In this document: piece by piece, positions 23,659-34,991 of the stretch
How positions within the stretch are numbered: the first letter of the stretch is position 1
Layout of the letters: every line of letters begins with the position of its first letter
NCBI GenBank assembly: GCA_950097015.1
Contig: CATNEN010000024.1
Span: forward strand, 4,712,001-4,776,000
Reading direction: 5' to 3'
DNA from: Macrostomum hystrix
Taxonomy: Eukaryota > Animalia > Platyhelminthes
DNA length: 64,000 bases
The notes under the pieces: generated by a model
Database searches by the model: none
What the model was told of the DNA's origin: nothing
What the model saw: only the letters and a program-made list of their open reading frames with translations
Translations under genes and position numbers: made by a program

Positions 23659-23967
23659 TAATAATAATAATAATTGATTACACCTGCCCCAACTGGGTCA
23701 GATGTGCAGCCGACAGCACAGCCGCAGCTAATGCGTGGCGCATCTGAAGGCAGCGTACAGCTGTTCAGTCCATGGTCTGGGGAGATGCCACACCCACCTT
23801 CAATTATCCCAGCTGATGCTGGTACCCATTTAACAGCTGGGTGAACTGAAGCAATGCAGAGCTAAGCGTCTTGCTAAAGGACACACATTTTTTCAGTGGA
23901 GTCGGGAATCGAACCCCCGACCTTCAAGCCGTGAGTTCGACGCCCTAACCGCTAGGCTACAACCTCC
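23659..23967 (-). mobile_element. tRNA-derived SINE, family 1, apparently full length
   Basis: Minus strand: tRNA-like head with A box TAGCCTAGCGG and B box GGTTCGATTCC; a central block GCAAGACGCTTAGC...CAGTTCACCCAGCTGTTAAATGGG reminiscent of the CORE domain; a 3' body shared with other copies; an (ATT)n tail. Confidence 0.85.
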
Positions 23968-24189
23968 TTAAATAACCACATTTTATAAATAGAACTTGCT
24001 ATATACGAGCGTATTTATAAAATGTGAGCAATTCCTCACTATGCTGCCCTTAACCGCAGATAATATATTTTACTATCCTCTGATGAAGAATATACAGAAC
24101 ATAGAACATATCAGGGGTTAGTAGTAAATAAATATCGTATCCGTGCCCTTAACTAAAGCACGAGGGATGTTCGGGAAATAATGTTGCTT

Positions 24190-24510
24190 TTAGTTGTTGT
24201 GGACGGTTGGCAAGTCGCAATGTGCTATGCACTTTTGGTGACATTAGAACGGACGTAGGATGCGCGTTGAGCGAGAAGGCAATCCTGCCCACTTCGTTGA
24301 ACACACAGATACTGTACGCACGCACACGCTCACGCAGGTGTGTACACCTGTCTTGACTTTATCATCGTCAAGCCTTGGAGGTTGGCCCTCAAGGGCGCAA
24401 ATTGCACGACAAGCCCCCAAGCCTTCTCTCCGCGGCTGCGCCCCAATTGAATGTGGCCTCGCCGCGGAATCGAGCTCAGGGGCATTGCTGCGAGAGGCAA
24501 ACGCGTTAAA
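24190..24510 (-). mobile_element. tRNA-derived SINE, family 2, second copy between RPS23 and OTUD6B
   Basis: Shares actttatcatcgtca, aagggcg.aaattgcacgacaagccc, aatgtggcctc.ccgcggaatcgagctca and ggcaaacgcgttaa with the 29041-29330 copy. Confidence 0.7.
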
Positions 24511-24913
24511 GTTAGTGTATAGCCGATCTCTCTACTTACGAGATACAGGCATCTTTTGAAAAACACATCCAAATCGATCGCAGTTTGTCATTTCAAAAAA
24601 GAGACTTTCCACTTTCAAAGGGCACAAAACTTGTGCCAATGCGACAGACCAAAAGTCTGCAACAAGAGAAAGTAACAAGCTACTTTCCGGACTACCCTAG
24701 TATTTACGCGTAGATCGAAATATTTTAAAGGCAGGTTATAACTCAACCAGCTCAGATTTTTAAGGAACTCCCTTTAATCACGATGGACTTATAAGTATAC
24801 CAGTCTACCTATCTGTTCACACCTAAAAATATATATATAAAAAACTGAAGACAAAGTGTCAAAAGACTTTGATCCAGAACAGAAGCCGACATCAAAAGGC
24901 CTGCAAAGTTTCA

Positions 24914-24977
24914 TTTATTCTTTATTAGCACAGAATCAAACAGCCCCGGATCCAATAGCCAGCAAGAACTGTTTATT
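24914..24977 (-). promoter_or_regulatory. RPS23 polyadenylation signals (3x AATAAA)
   Basis: TTTATT on the + strand at 24972-24977, 24921-24926 and 24914-24919, downstream of the RPS23 stop. Confidence 0.6.
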
Positions 24978-24993
24978 CATCAAGAATTATCTC

Positions 24994-25425
24994 TCAGCTT
25001 CTCGGCCTCTCCTTCTTGCCGCGGAACAGCGCCCACAGCGACACGTTGGCCACCTTGACAATCTTAAATCGGACACCGGGGATGTCGCCGACGGCGTGAC
25101 CGGCCCGACCGAAGCCGGAAACCAGGACTTCGTCGTTCTCCTCGATGAAGTTCAAGCAGCCGTCGTTGGGCACAAAGGCTGTGATCTTTTTGCCGTTTTT
25201 AATCAGTTGGACGCGAACGCACTTGCGGATGGCGCTGTTAGGCTGCTTGGCTTCGACTCCGATCTTCTCAACTACGATGCCTTTGGCGTGCGACGCGCCA
25301 CCGAAAGGATTGGCCTTCCAGCGCGTGCCCAGATGCGACTTCTTGTAGTCTTTGTCTGCCCAGCGCTGCTCGCGCCTGTGATTGCGCAGCTTGCGAGCGG
25401 TGCGAATACCAGCCGGCTTGCCCAT
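24994..25425 (-). CDS. RPS23: 40S ribosomal protein S23 (uS12), 143 aa, uninterrupted CDS
   Basis: Full-length [24 protein letters not shown]...[43 protein letters not shown]...KKERPRS. An acceptor-like cattgcag lies 5 nt upstream of the ATG, and there are three AATAAA downstream. Confidence 0.97.
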   Translation of the reverse strand: MGKPAGIRTARKLRNHRREQRWADKDYKKSHLGTRWKANPFGGASHAKGIVVEKIGVEAKQPNSAIRKCVRVQLIKNGKKITAFVPNDGCLNFIEENDEVLVSGFGRAGHAVGDIPGVRFKIVKVANVSLWALFRGKKERPRS

Positions 25426-25499
25426 TGCTGCTGCAATGCGGGGTGCGTTGGCTTCTTGATTAGAACTTTGACTTAGGCTTAAGATTTCAAACAGAGCCG

Positions 25500-26600
25500 T
25501 AGGCTATAGCTGCAACCATGGACCATAGCCTATTGTTGCAACCATGGACCATAGCCTATTGTTGCAACCATGGACCATAGCCTATTGTTGCAACCATGGA
25601 CCATAGCCTATTGTTGCAACCATGGACCATAGCCTATTGTTGCAACCATGAACCATAGCCTATTGTTGCAACAGTGAACCATAGACTATTGTTGCGACAG
25701 TGAACCATAGGCTATTGTTGCAACCATGAACCATAGACTATTGTTGCAACCATGGACCATAGCCTATTGTTGCAACCATGGACCATAGCCTATTGTTGCA
25801 ACCATGGACCATAGCCTATTGTTGCAACCATGGACCATAGCCTATTGTTGCAACAGTGAACCATAGCCTATTGTTGCGACAGTGAACCATAGACTATTGC
25901 TGCAACAGTGAACCATAGACTATTGCTGCGACCATGGACCATAGACTATTGCTGCAACAGTGAACCATAGACTATTGCTGCAACAGTGAACCATAGACTA
26001 TTGCTGCGACCATGAACCATAGACTATTGCTGCAACAGTGAACCATAGACTATTGCTGCAACAGTGAACCATAGACTATTGCTGCAACCATGGACCATAG
26101 ACCATTGTTGCAATAGTGAACCATAGACTATTGTTGAAACAGTGAACCATAGACTATTGTTGCAACAGTGAACCATAGACTATTGTTGCAACAGTGAACC
26201 ATAGACTATTGCTGCAACTATGAACCATAGACTATTGTTGCAACCATGAACCATAGACTATTGCTGCAACAGTGAACCATAGACTATTGCTGCAACCATG
26301 AACCATAGGCTATTGTTGCAACCATGAACCATAGACTATTGCTGCAACAGTGAACCATAGACTATTGCTGCAACAGTGAACCATAGACTATTGCTGCAAC
26401 AGTGAACCATAGACTATTGCTGCAACAGTGAACCATAGACTATTGCTGCAACCATGAACCATAGGCTATTGTTGCAACCATGAACCATAGACTATTGCTG
26501 CAACAGTAAACCATAGACTATTGCTGCAACAGTGAACCATAGACTATTGTTTCAACAGTGAACCATAGACTATTGCTGCAACCATGAACCATAGGCCATA
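25500..26600. repeat. 26-bp minisatellite upstream of the RPS23 CDS, about 42 units
   Basis: Unit gcaaccatggaccatagcctattgtt grading into gcaacagtgaaccatagactattgct. Confidence 0.97.
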
Positions 26601-27367
26601 GTTGTCACGCTCCAACTATAGACTGTATATTTTAATGTCGCGATCAGGAACTATAGGCTTGGATTTTGTAGCCCTAAATAATTATTTGGTTAATTTCCCT
26701 TAAAATGATAAGAAAGAAAACATGTTTAAAGTTTTACCTTAAATTTTTTATTAAAAAATTTAAAATGTAGTTACACTTATGTAACATATTATGACCTAAC
26801 GATTATCGACAATCAGACTGAAAAAATGTAATAGACAATAAGTAGATTATGAAGTAATGGAAAACAACTTACTAGGCTGAGCCTGCTAAATTTGGCAGGC
26901 TAATTCTAAATAGGCTTCGTAAATGGTTACAGGCACAGATTATTGGCTTTTCATTGGCCCTGCATAACATCGCAATGTCGGAGGCAGGTGTTTAGGATAG
27001 GTGGAAGGCATCTGACATTGTCGATTTGTGCGACAAAAATGCTACAAAAGACTGGCTGTTATACAGATACAGAGAGTCGTTAAAACATTAAGAATGAATG
27101 TTAAAAAGCCATAATGATGTTTGAGTATGCCTGTTTAGATTTACAATCAGTAAAATGCTCATAAATCTTCGTAGAATAGACAATGTTTCTACAAAATAAT
27201 CAAATTTGGCCGAGTTATTGATACCATATAGATTAATAATTGAACTTAGTATTGGACAACTTCTTTTTGTCGCAACCTATCTTGTGCCTTGAAGAGATGC
27301 TTTATGGATGAGAGGCGTTGAGATAATTGTACTAGTACTTTCAGAGGATTGTATTTGTAGGTTAGTG

Positions 27368-28440
27368 TAGAGATAGAAGGGATGGGTGTACTTTTGGAGT
27401 AGTGTGTTGGGCACTGAATGTACAATACGGGGTAGAGATAAAAGGGATGGGTGTACTTTTGGAGTAGTGTGTTGGGCACTGAATGTACATTAAGGGGTAG
27501 AGATAAAAGGGATGGGTGTACTTTTGGAGTAGTGTGTTGGGCACTGAATGTACAATAAGGGGTAGAGATAAAAGGGATGGGTGTACTTTTGGATTAGTGT
27601 GTTAGGCACTGAATGTACATTAAGGGGTAGAGATAAAAGGGATGGGTGTACTTTTGGAGTGTGTTGGGCACTGAATGTACAATAACAGTAGGACTACCAA
27701 GCCATTTTGCCGCCCGTTTTTATACCAAGGGGGGAATTTCCCCCCACCCCTGAGAACATTTTTTGGCAGCGCCTGAAAGCTAACCGCGTAGGGTGGTGAC
27801 TGATAGGTTGACAGACTAGGCGATGGTGTACTGTAGTTGAGCTGCGCCTAATATTTAGGCTTCAGCAGTGAAATTTTAGAAATTCGCGTCAGCGTGTCCA
27901 TAGTGGCCTATTTTCCCCTGTTGTAGCCTTTAAAGGTCCAGAAAATCCGTCTAGATAAAGGTAGGTGACCACCGAAGACGGAGATGATGCAGGCACATTC
28001 AGGTGACATGCTGATAAAGTTTGAAGGTCTGGAAAGGCCGCACTGAGGCGCAGTGCAAATTCGTGTATAGGGGTGTATGTAATACACTAGCTCTTACGGG
28101 AAAAATCGGACCTTCGGCCAGAAACATTGAATATCTCGACGGTCTGAAGAGCTGGCGAGTTGTTTCTTGTTTCAGAAGATGCGCAACAAAAAGTTGGCCC
28201 GTGTTCTTGAGTTTCGTGTGCTTGCATTGTTCCGTTCGGGTGCAGCAAAAAAAATTGTCAGGGGGGGGAAATTCCCCCCCCCCTTGGTAGTTCTACTGTT
28301 AAGGGGTAGAGATTAAAGGGATTGGTGTACATTTGGAGTAGTGTGTTGGGCACTAAATGTACATTAAGGGGTAGAGATAAAAGGGATGGGTGTATTTTTG
28401 GAGGAGTGTGTTTGGTAACCGAATGTACAATCCGGGGTAG
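27368..28440. repeat. 65-bp minisatellite interrupted by a MITE
   Basis: Unit gggtagagataaaagggatgggtgtacttttggagtagtgtgttgggcactgaatgtacattaag occurs on both sides of 27685-28299. Confidence 0.92.
27685..28299. mobile_element. MITE (615 bp) with terminal inverted repeats and a TA target-site duplication
   Basis: Ends ACAGTAGGACTACCAAG / CTTGGTAGTTCTACTGT, flanked by TA on both sides. Removing the element and one TA restores the host minisatellite unit gtacaaTAagggg. An inner IR accaaggggggg-aattt-ccccc...tga is also present. Confidence 0.85.
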
Positions 28441-28769
28441 AAATTAAGGGAGCGGTTGTGTGTTAAAGTGTTATTGACAATGTACATAAGATAGATAGCA
28501 CTTTTATGCGCCGGGTACAAGTGATTTTTCAAGCAGATCGTACATTTGTGTGCTACTACTTTCTGATTTGGCCTGGGTAAAAAAACTTGGGGAAAATCGC
28601 GTTACTATGATCAACGATAGCAGAAAAAACATGGGTGAATATGAATGTGAATACAAAAATTCGAATTCAGACCTTTAACTAAAGCTCAAACGAATAGATA
28701 TTTTAATCATCTATCGCAACATTGATTATACGAAAAAAATAAGTCACAAATTATATTTAGAATTATCAA

Positions 28770-31700
28770 CTAATTTCGCTTCTTAGCGCCTTTGCCGCCA
28801 TCGCCAGCGGCGACAGCTGCGGCCGCGTCGCTGTCCACCCTGCGCTGCTGAATGCCGTAGTATTCGCTGTTTAAATAATAATCAGTAAGCGAGACGCCGC
28901 GATGCCTGTTGCTGCGCTTCTTGGCGAAGAATACGCACAGGAATACGATGAAGAATGAGGATAGCACCTGCCAGGGTTTCATTGGTTGTTAAGAATACTT
29001 TTTACAACGGGTTTTCTATACTTGCTAAGTTTAGTATTGCAATAATAATAATAGCAACTGCAGGTGGGGAAATGCTACATTATTTGGTGACACTAGACCC
29101 GTAGCCAGCGAGGAGGCACTTCGTTTCATCTGTCCAGACTTTATCATCGTCAGGCAGTCTACACCTTCATTGCGCTTTGCAGATTGGCTTTGAAGGGCGT
29201 AAATTGCACGACAAGCCCCAAGCCTTCTCTCTGCGGCTGCGGCCCAAATAAATGTGGCCTCACCGCGGAATCGAGCTCAAGGACCTTGGTGCAGGAGGCA
29301 AACGCGTTAACTGGCACTCTGCTCTGCACAGTAGTGCAATACTTACTGAATAGATGACCCAGAGGACTATGTACAGAGTGACGGTGCGTTCAAAAAAGTG
29401 TCGACCAAATTTTAAGCACACAATAGCCTCGGTGACAACAATGGCCCTGAAAAAAGAACGACAGTGGTTCATTCTTTTTAAGATAAAGTGTGCCTAACAG
29501 ACAAAATTAGAGAAACCGATATTTGGCAGCTTACACAAATATCCATAACTGAGTGCCGACTCGAGTAACCAAAGGATCTGTCACATAGAGATAGTACTGC
29601 CTGAAAGTATGAGAAAAGTGCTTTAAACAAAAGAACACAACCTATTGACTGTAGGACTACCAAGCCATTTAAAATTTTTGTCAGCGCCCGAATGCTAACA
29701 GCGTTGGGTGGTGACTGATTGGTTGACAGACTAGGCGATGGTGTCCTGTGGTTGAACTTCGCCTAGTATTTAGGCTTGATCAGTTAAATTCCCGCCAGCG
29801 TGTCCATATTGGCCTATTTTCCCCTGTTGTAGCCTTTAAAGGTCCAGAAAATCCGTCTAGATATAGGTAGGTCAACACCGAAGACGGAGATGATGCAGGC
29901 ACATTCAGGTGACATGCTGAGAAACTTTGAAGGCCTGGCAAGGCCGCACTGAGGCGCAGTGCTAATTCGTGTATAGGGGTGTATGTAATACACTATCGCT
30001 TTTGGGAAAAAATCTGACCTTCGGCCAGAAACATTGAATATCTCGACGGTCTGTAGAGCCGGCGACTTGATTCTTGTTTCAGAAGATGCGCAACAAAAAT
30101 TTGACCCTTTGTTCTTGAGTTTCGTGTGCTTGCGTTGCTCCGTTCGGGTGCAGCACAAAAATTTGTCATTTCCCCACCCCGTAGTAGTTCTACTGTTAAG
30201 GGTGAAAATATATATTATAAAGCACGATTAAAGAAGTCGAAAATTCACTGACCGAATTCCGGGAGCGCTAATAGCCGATAATAAGGCCAGCCTAGCTAGG
30301 GTGGTCTGATGGCCGGGTCGGACAATGAAAATGTGCTTTAAAAAGAAGCAATTTAGTTCGGCCACCTGCCAGAGCACCACCAGTATGGAGACGGCGATGA
30401 CGCGCATGAACGAACTCTCCGGGTCCAGCCAGCGGGTTGGAGTCCAGCTAAATATTATTAGCAAGTGTTTAATGCGTTAATTAATACTGCTGTGCTTGTG
30501 ATAGTATTAAATCAAAGACATGCAAATGGATTGACGATAATGACTTAAAATGGGACATTGGTAACGATTGACTATTTATAGAAGTGAGTGACTTTGACTG
30601 GAGTTGGGTAACGAACGAGAGGCTAGATGACAGGGATCATAGGGTAATGAGAGGCTAGATGACAGGGACAGGGATCATAGGGTAATGAGAGGCTAGATGA
30701 CAGGGACAGGGATCATAGGGTAATGAGAGACTAGATGACAGGGACAGGGATCATAGGGTAATGAGAGGCTAGATGACAGGGACAGGGATCATAGGGTAAT
30801 GAGAGGCTAGATGACAGGGATCATAGGGTAATTAGATGCTAGATGACAGGGTGACAGGGATCATAGGGTAATGAGAGGCTAGATGACAGGGACAGGGATC
30901 ATAGGGTAATGAGAGGCTAGATGACAGGGACAGGGATCATAGGGTAATGAGAGGCTTAACGCTTAATTCTGCATTGCTTCAGTTCACCCAGCTGTTTTAA
31001 ATGGGTACCAGCATGAGCTGGGGTAATTAAGGGGTTGGTGTGGCGTCCCCCCAGTCCATGGACTGAACAGCCGTACACAGCCTTCAGATGCGCCGCGCAA
31101 TAGCTGCGGCTGTGCTGACGGCTGCACATCTGGCCAATCGGGGCAGGTGTACACAACTTACCTGCCGGGAGTGAACTGGAAGAAGGCCCGCTTGATCTTA
31201 TCGGATGCGGAGCTTAGCGATCTGAAAAACAGTAGTAGCAATAGCAGCTTGATTAGATATTTTATCTAATAATTATTTCAGTTGCAAATGAAGTACAGGT
31301 GATTGAAGAATTTCAGGTTAGTAATCTCTCACCTGATACTCTCCCAGTGATAGCTGCGCATCTCAAGCCAGCGGCAGAGCTGCATGCCAATAAAAATGCC
31401 GACACCGTTGCACACGAACACATCCAGAATGACAATGTCCCACCAGCACTCTTGAAAATTTGGCAGTATATGTGAGAACGCCATCTCGGTAATCTCCCAG
31501 TTAACAGACAGCAGCCAGGTTAATCCGTAGTGCCTCAATAATACGGCTTTCATTACCCAGCCAAATAGGTGGGCTACGGCGAACACGTCCAGGTGAGAAT
31601 AGAGCCTGGCTACTGTAATCTCGGAACAATTAGCAGCGTATTCCTGGAATTGTGAAAAACATTTTAATAATTTAATGATATCAGTCTAGAATTTAGCATA

Positions 31701-34700
31701 ATGAATAATTATTAAATACTACTTCTAGTACTCATTGTACCTTGTCCAAAATGTCATCGTAAGTCATATTAGCCAGATCTGGGTACATCCAAACCAAAGC
31801 TCGTCTGGCATCTTCGTAGCTAAGAAAGCAGACGAAAACCATGACTAGAAAGTAGAGAACACTCACGCCTGCAATGTTTATTTATAGTTCCGATATATTC
31901 GATCAATTTAAGCTTGCCATTTAATTACAAACAAGAGTTAAACAGCTCTGAAATTTCTAATAAAACTGACCGAAAACAATTCTCCAGACAGCTGGATGTG
32001 GCCGAATGAATGGACCTAGAGTATCATTCAGAGTAGAGTAGAGTAGAGATGAAATACAATGCTTTACTTATTTTGTTTAACTTAAGCAATATAAAAGTTT
32101 CTAACAAGTAAGGACTTACCATTTGGCATAACCAGTATGGAAATGATAAGAAAGATAATGCAAACAGCAATGCTGCCATGCCAAACATCATCTTTCAGAG
32201 TAGTCTCAGTTCTAAAATTATAAAGTTTATTTATTGACTTGACTATAAATAATAGATTGTATGCTAATTGTTCACCAATAATTGTTGTGAGCCATTTTAT
32301 TCTGATGGGTTGTATTAAGAATAGCAATTTGAATATCTAAGTAGCTGGTTGAATTGTTCTGTTAGGCTAATAATAGGAAGGAAAGAGGGCTAGTAGAGTA
32401 CTTAGATAGCTAACCACTAAATGAACCAAAAATGTTTTACTCATTGATCTTTCTATACTTGGATTTATTACACATTTTTAATATTAACTTTTGGTCCCTT
32501 ACATTTTGGATGCTAAAACAAAATTTACTTATTTTTGTATATATTAGCTCAAACTATAGTAATATTTTTCTGACAATAATTCAAACACATTAAATGCTTA
32601 TTTTTGCTATTCTAAGCTAAGGTTCATCAGTACTATGAAAACTTACTGGCTTTTCAGTAAACTAACAAAACTTACTTATGACTATTGTTACTGTTATAAG
32701 AATATAGCCATATTCTAATCAATATTTACATGCATCATATAAAAATATGCTTCTAAACCCTTTTCCTACAGAAACCTCATGTATTTTTCTATTTCAGTGA
32801 TTATGGCTTCTCAAAGATAATCAAAATTGAAAAAAATTGGCTTACTTGTTATACTGTCATTTTGTGTTCAACAAAAAATGCCTATATATCCATTTTGGTT
32901 TACAATTATTTAAATAGCAGAAATACATGAAAGAGATTTTGCACTGAAGTTATGGCATTTACTAGAGTAATGGCAGTTATGGAATATAATCACTATCTAA
33001 ATACACATTACCTTCAGTTTACAATAATTTAAATGGAAAATATACATGTAAACAATTGTGAACTGAAGCCAAGGTGGGCTACTGGGACATGCAACAATAT
33101 ACTGACTGATTTGTCTCATCCATCCACAGGTCTCTGTAGCAGTTTCTGACAGCTGACTGGACTTGTTGGCAATTGACAAGTGTTCAATTGATTTGTCTTA
33201 AATTTTGATTTGTCAAAACTAATGGCCATTACACACCTAAGCTTTGATTTAAAATCATTTGTGCCATTTAATGATTGCAAACAATAGTGGATGAATATGC
33301 TGCTTTTCAGAAGACTTTAGGAATGTTAATTGTAAGACCTCCTAACATTTTCTTAGTGATCATTAATATATATTTCTGTTTTAACAACTTTTTGTATTGC
33401 TTTATACTGATGTATCACATGTGATCATTTGATGACAAAGAAAAAATGAGCAAAGTGACTTTTGACGACTGGTTAGACATATGATTAATTCATTATTTTT
33501 TATGTTTTGTTTCTTTCTATGAGTATTATTAGCAATTAAATTCCAAGGATTGTAAACCAAAAGAATGCCAAATAATTGCAATTACTATTTTGTAGCTAAC
33601 TATCTAAAATACAGGTAGCTTTCTATTTTCTTAAGTCTTTGGCAAATTTAAGTTCTTTGGCAAAAGAGACATTTTTTAAGTCAAGTAAAATCTAGTTTAC
33701 TAATAAAATAATATTTTGAATTTCTATTTGAGAGAAAATATATCACTGAAAGTTATTTACATGGTTAGGCTATTTTTAACTTTTTAAAAATCTATCACTT
33801 TTTAGGCCTAACCCTAACTCCTCTAAGACTATCATTTTTTCGTTTTAAACAATTATTAATCAGAAAAAAATGTTTACTTGTTTGTTCAACTATTTTAGAT
33901 CAAATTTGCACCGAAACTATTTTTCATACAAGAGATATGAACCAACCAACCCCTTAATTACCCCAGCTCATGCTGGTACCCATTTAAAACAGCTGAACAT
34001 CTGTTATTCATTGTAACACTTTAAACTATTGTCCTCTCTAAAACAGGCCTTTGTGGTTCTCAAAATTCATGTTAAAACAGTTATACAATAATTCCTAAAT
34101 TATTTTTAACAATTTTAAAACAAAACAAGGTAGTGTTTTGATGAAAATTACTTTTTTTCATACACTTTAAACTATTGTCCTCTCTAAAACAGGCCTTTGT
34201 GGTTCTCAAAATTCATGTTAAAACAGTTATAGAAAAATCCTAAACTATTTTTAACAATTTTAAAACAAAACAAAGTAGTGTTTTGATGAAAATTTGAACT
34301 AAAAATAAACAAACTAAATAATTTATTGCCTTTTCAGTTTTTTAGCCAAATCATTTGAAAAGCAGAAAATTTAATGCTTGCAACACAAAACAAAAAGCAA
34401 AAAAGAAGTGAAACATTCCTGAAACTATGTTGTTTAGTAAGCAGTAGCTAAGACATGAAAAATTATAAAATGTGAAAAATCATACTATTTAGCACACAAT
34501 TCATAAACTTTATTTGAGCAGATTTTTTTAATAATGTCATGTTCATACAAAACAAGTTATACTTATAAAAACAACACTAATATTACATACAATAACATAC
34601 CTACTAAATGCCAGATAGATAAGTCCACATATAATACAGAAAAGAAGGCTTAAGGTATGTGGCTTGTAAAAGAACTCAATTGTAATATTATCTACTTTGT

Positions 34701-34809
34701 GGTTTTCAATTAGCTTTGCAAAATGACATTGCTCAACTTCTGCTTTGCTTGTCCTGGTTTCGAGTGTATCTTCTTTCTGTAAAAGGTTATTTTTTCCTTC
34801 ATCAGTCAT
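28770..34809 (-). CDS. PTDSS1: Phosphatidylserine synthase (base-exchange, PTDSS1/2 family), 10 exons, 467 aa
   Basis: Exons (minus) 34601-34809, 32120-32211, 31971-32015, 31741-31868, 31333-31643, 31162-31221, 30253-30447, 29535-29600, 29347-29446 and 28770-28967 join in frame (1404 nt) through GT-AG introns. Motifs FFYKPHT, NGPFIRPHPAVWR, ILPNFQECWWDIVILDV, EMRSYHW, WQVAELNCFFLKHIF, TRVGTQLW and EAIVCLKFG. Confidence 0.93.
29041..29330 (-). mobile_element. tRNA-derived SINE, family 2, in PTDSS intron 9
   Basis: Minus strand: tRNA-like head (gcgtttgcctcc...gagctcgattcc, a degenerate B box), a body, and an (ATT)n tail at 29041-29052. Homologous to 24190-24510. Confidence 0.7.
29648..30196. 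mobile_element. Second copy of the same MITE (549 bp), filling most of PTDSS intron 7
   Basis: Ends actgtaggactaccaag / gtagttctactgt-TA; the interior is collinear with 27685-28299. Confidence 0.85.
30620..30955. repeat. 38/32-bp minisatellite, PTDSS intron 6
   Basis: Unit gaggctagatgacagggacagggatcatagggtaatga. Confidence 0.95.
30958..31152 (+). mobile_element. SINE family 1, 5'-truncated copy in PTDSS intron 6
   Basis: cgcttaattctgcattgcttcagttcacccagctg...tgggtaccagcat...ccatggactgaacagc...ggggcaggtgta is collinear with the full-length copy. Confidence 0.8.
33945..33999 (-). mobile_element. SINE family 1, short internal fragment
   Basis: accaaccccttaattaccccagctcatgctggtacccatttaaaacagctg is the reverse complement of part of the 30958-31152 copy. 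Confidence 0.65.
34016..34295. repeat. Tandem duplication, period about 146 bp, in PTDSS intron 1
   Basis: acactttaaactattgtcctctctaaaacaggcc...gtagtgttttgatgaaaatt starts at 34016 and again at 34162. Confidence 0.85.
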
Positions 34810-34991
34810 ATTTAACTACTTATGAAAATAGTTCTTAAATAAAAATAGAAAATTTTCCCAAAATGTAATTGACTTGGTCTAATAGCTATGGACTGAAATA
34901 AAAAACTAGCAAGGCAAACTTTTGGCGAAGCACGAAACGAAGCACGAAAAGGATTTTCAATTTTCGAAGAGTGCCGGTGATATTTTAAACA

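Noticed and set aside
23895-23967. tRNA gene (also at 18214-18290)
   Set aside because: Stems are imperfect, the anticodon loops differ between copies, and both continue into a shared SINE body.
24994-25425. RPS23 as a processed pseudogene
   Set aside because: The ORF is intact, there is an upstream splice acceptor and genomic AATAAA signals, and no poly(A) tract or TSD is visible.
16128-25476. Overlapping or antisense ORFs on LTV1, OTUD6B and RPS23 (e.g. 16229-16762, 22661-22954, 24856-25476)
   Set aside because: Shadow frames of GC-rich coding exons.
29104-29117. Minus-strand GCCTCCTCGCTGGC is identical to the P3/L3 segment of the HDV genomic ribozyme
   Set aside because: No P1 partner, no GG for P1.1 after a 7-nt P1 strand, no P2 complement, and the motif is broken in the second SINE copy.
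29123-29153. Minus-strand CTGACGA...GAAAC resembling a hammerhead core
   Set aside because: Stem II has no closing pair and stems I/III are absent; in the other copy the same bases form a simple CTTGAC/GTCAAG hairpin.
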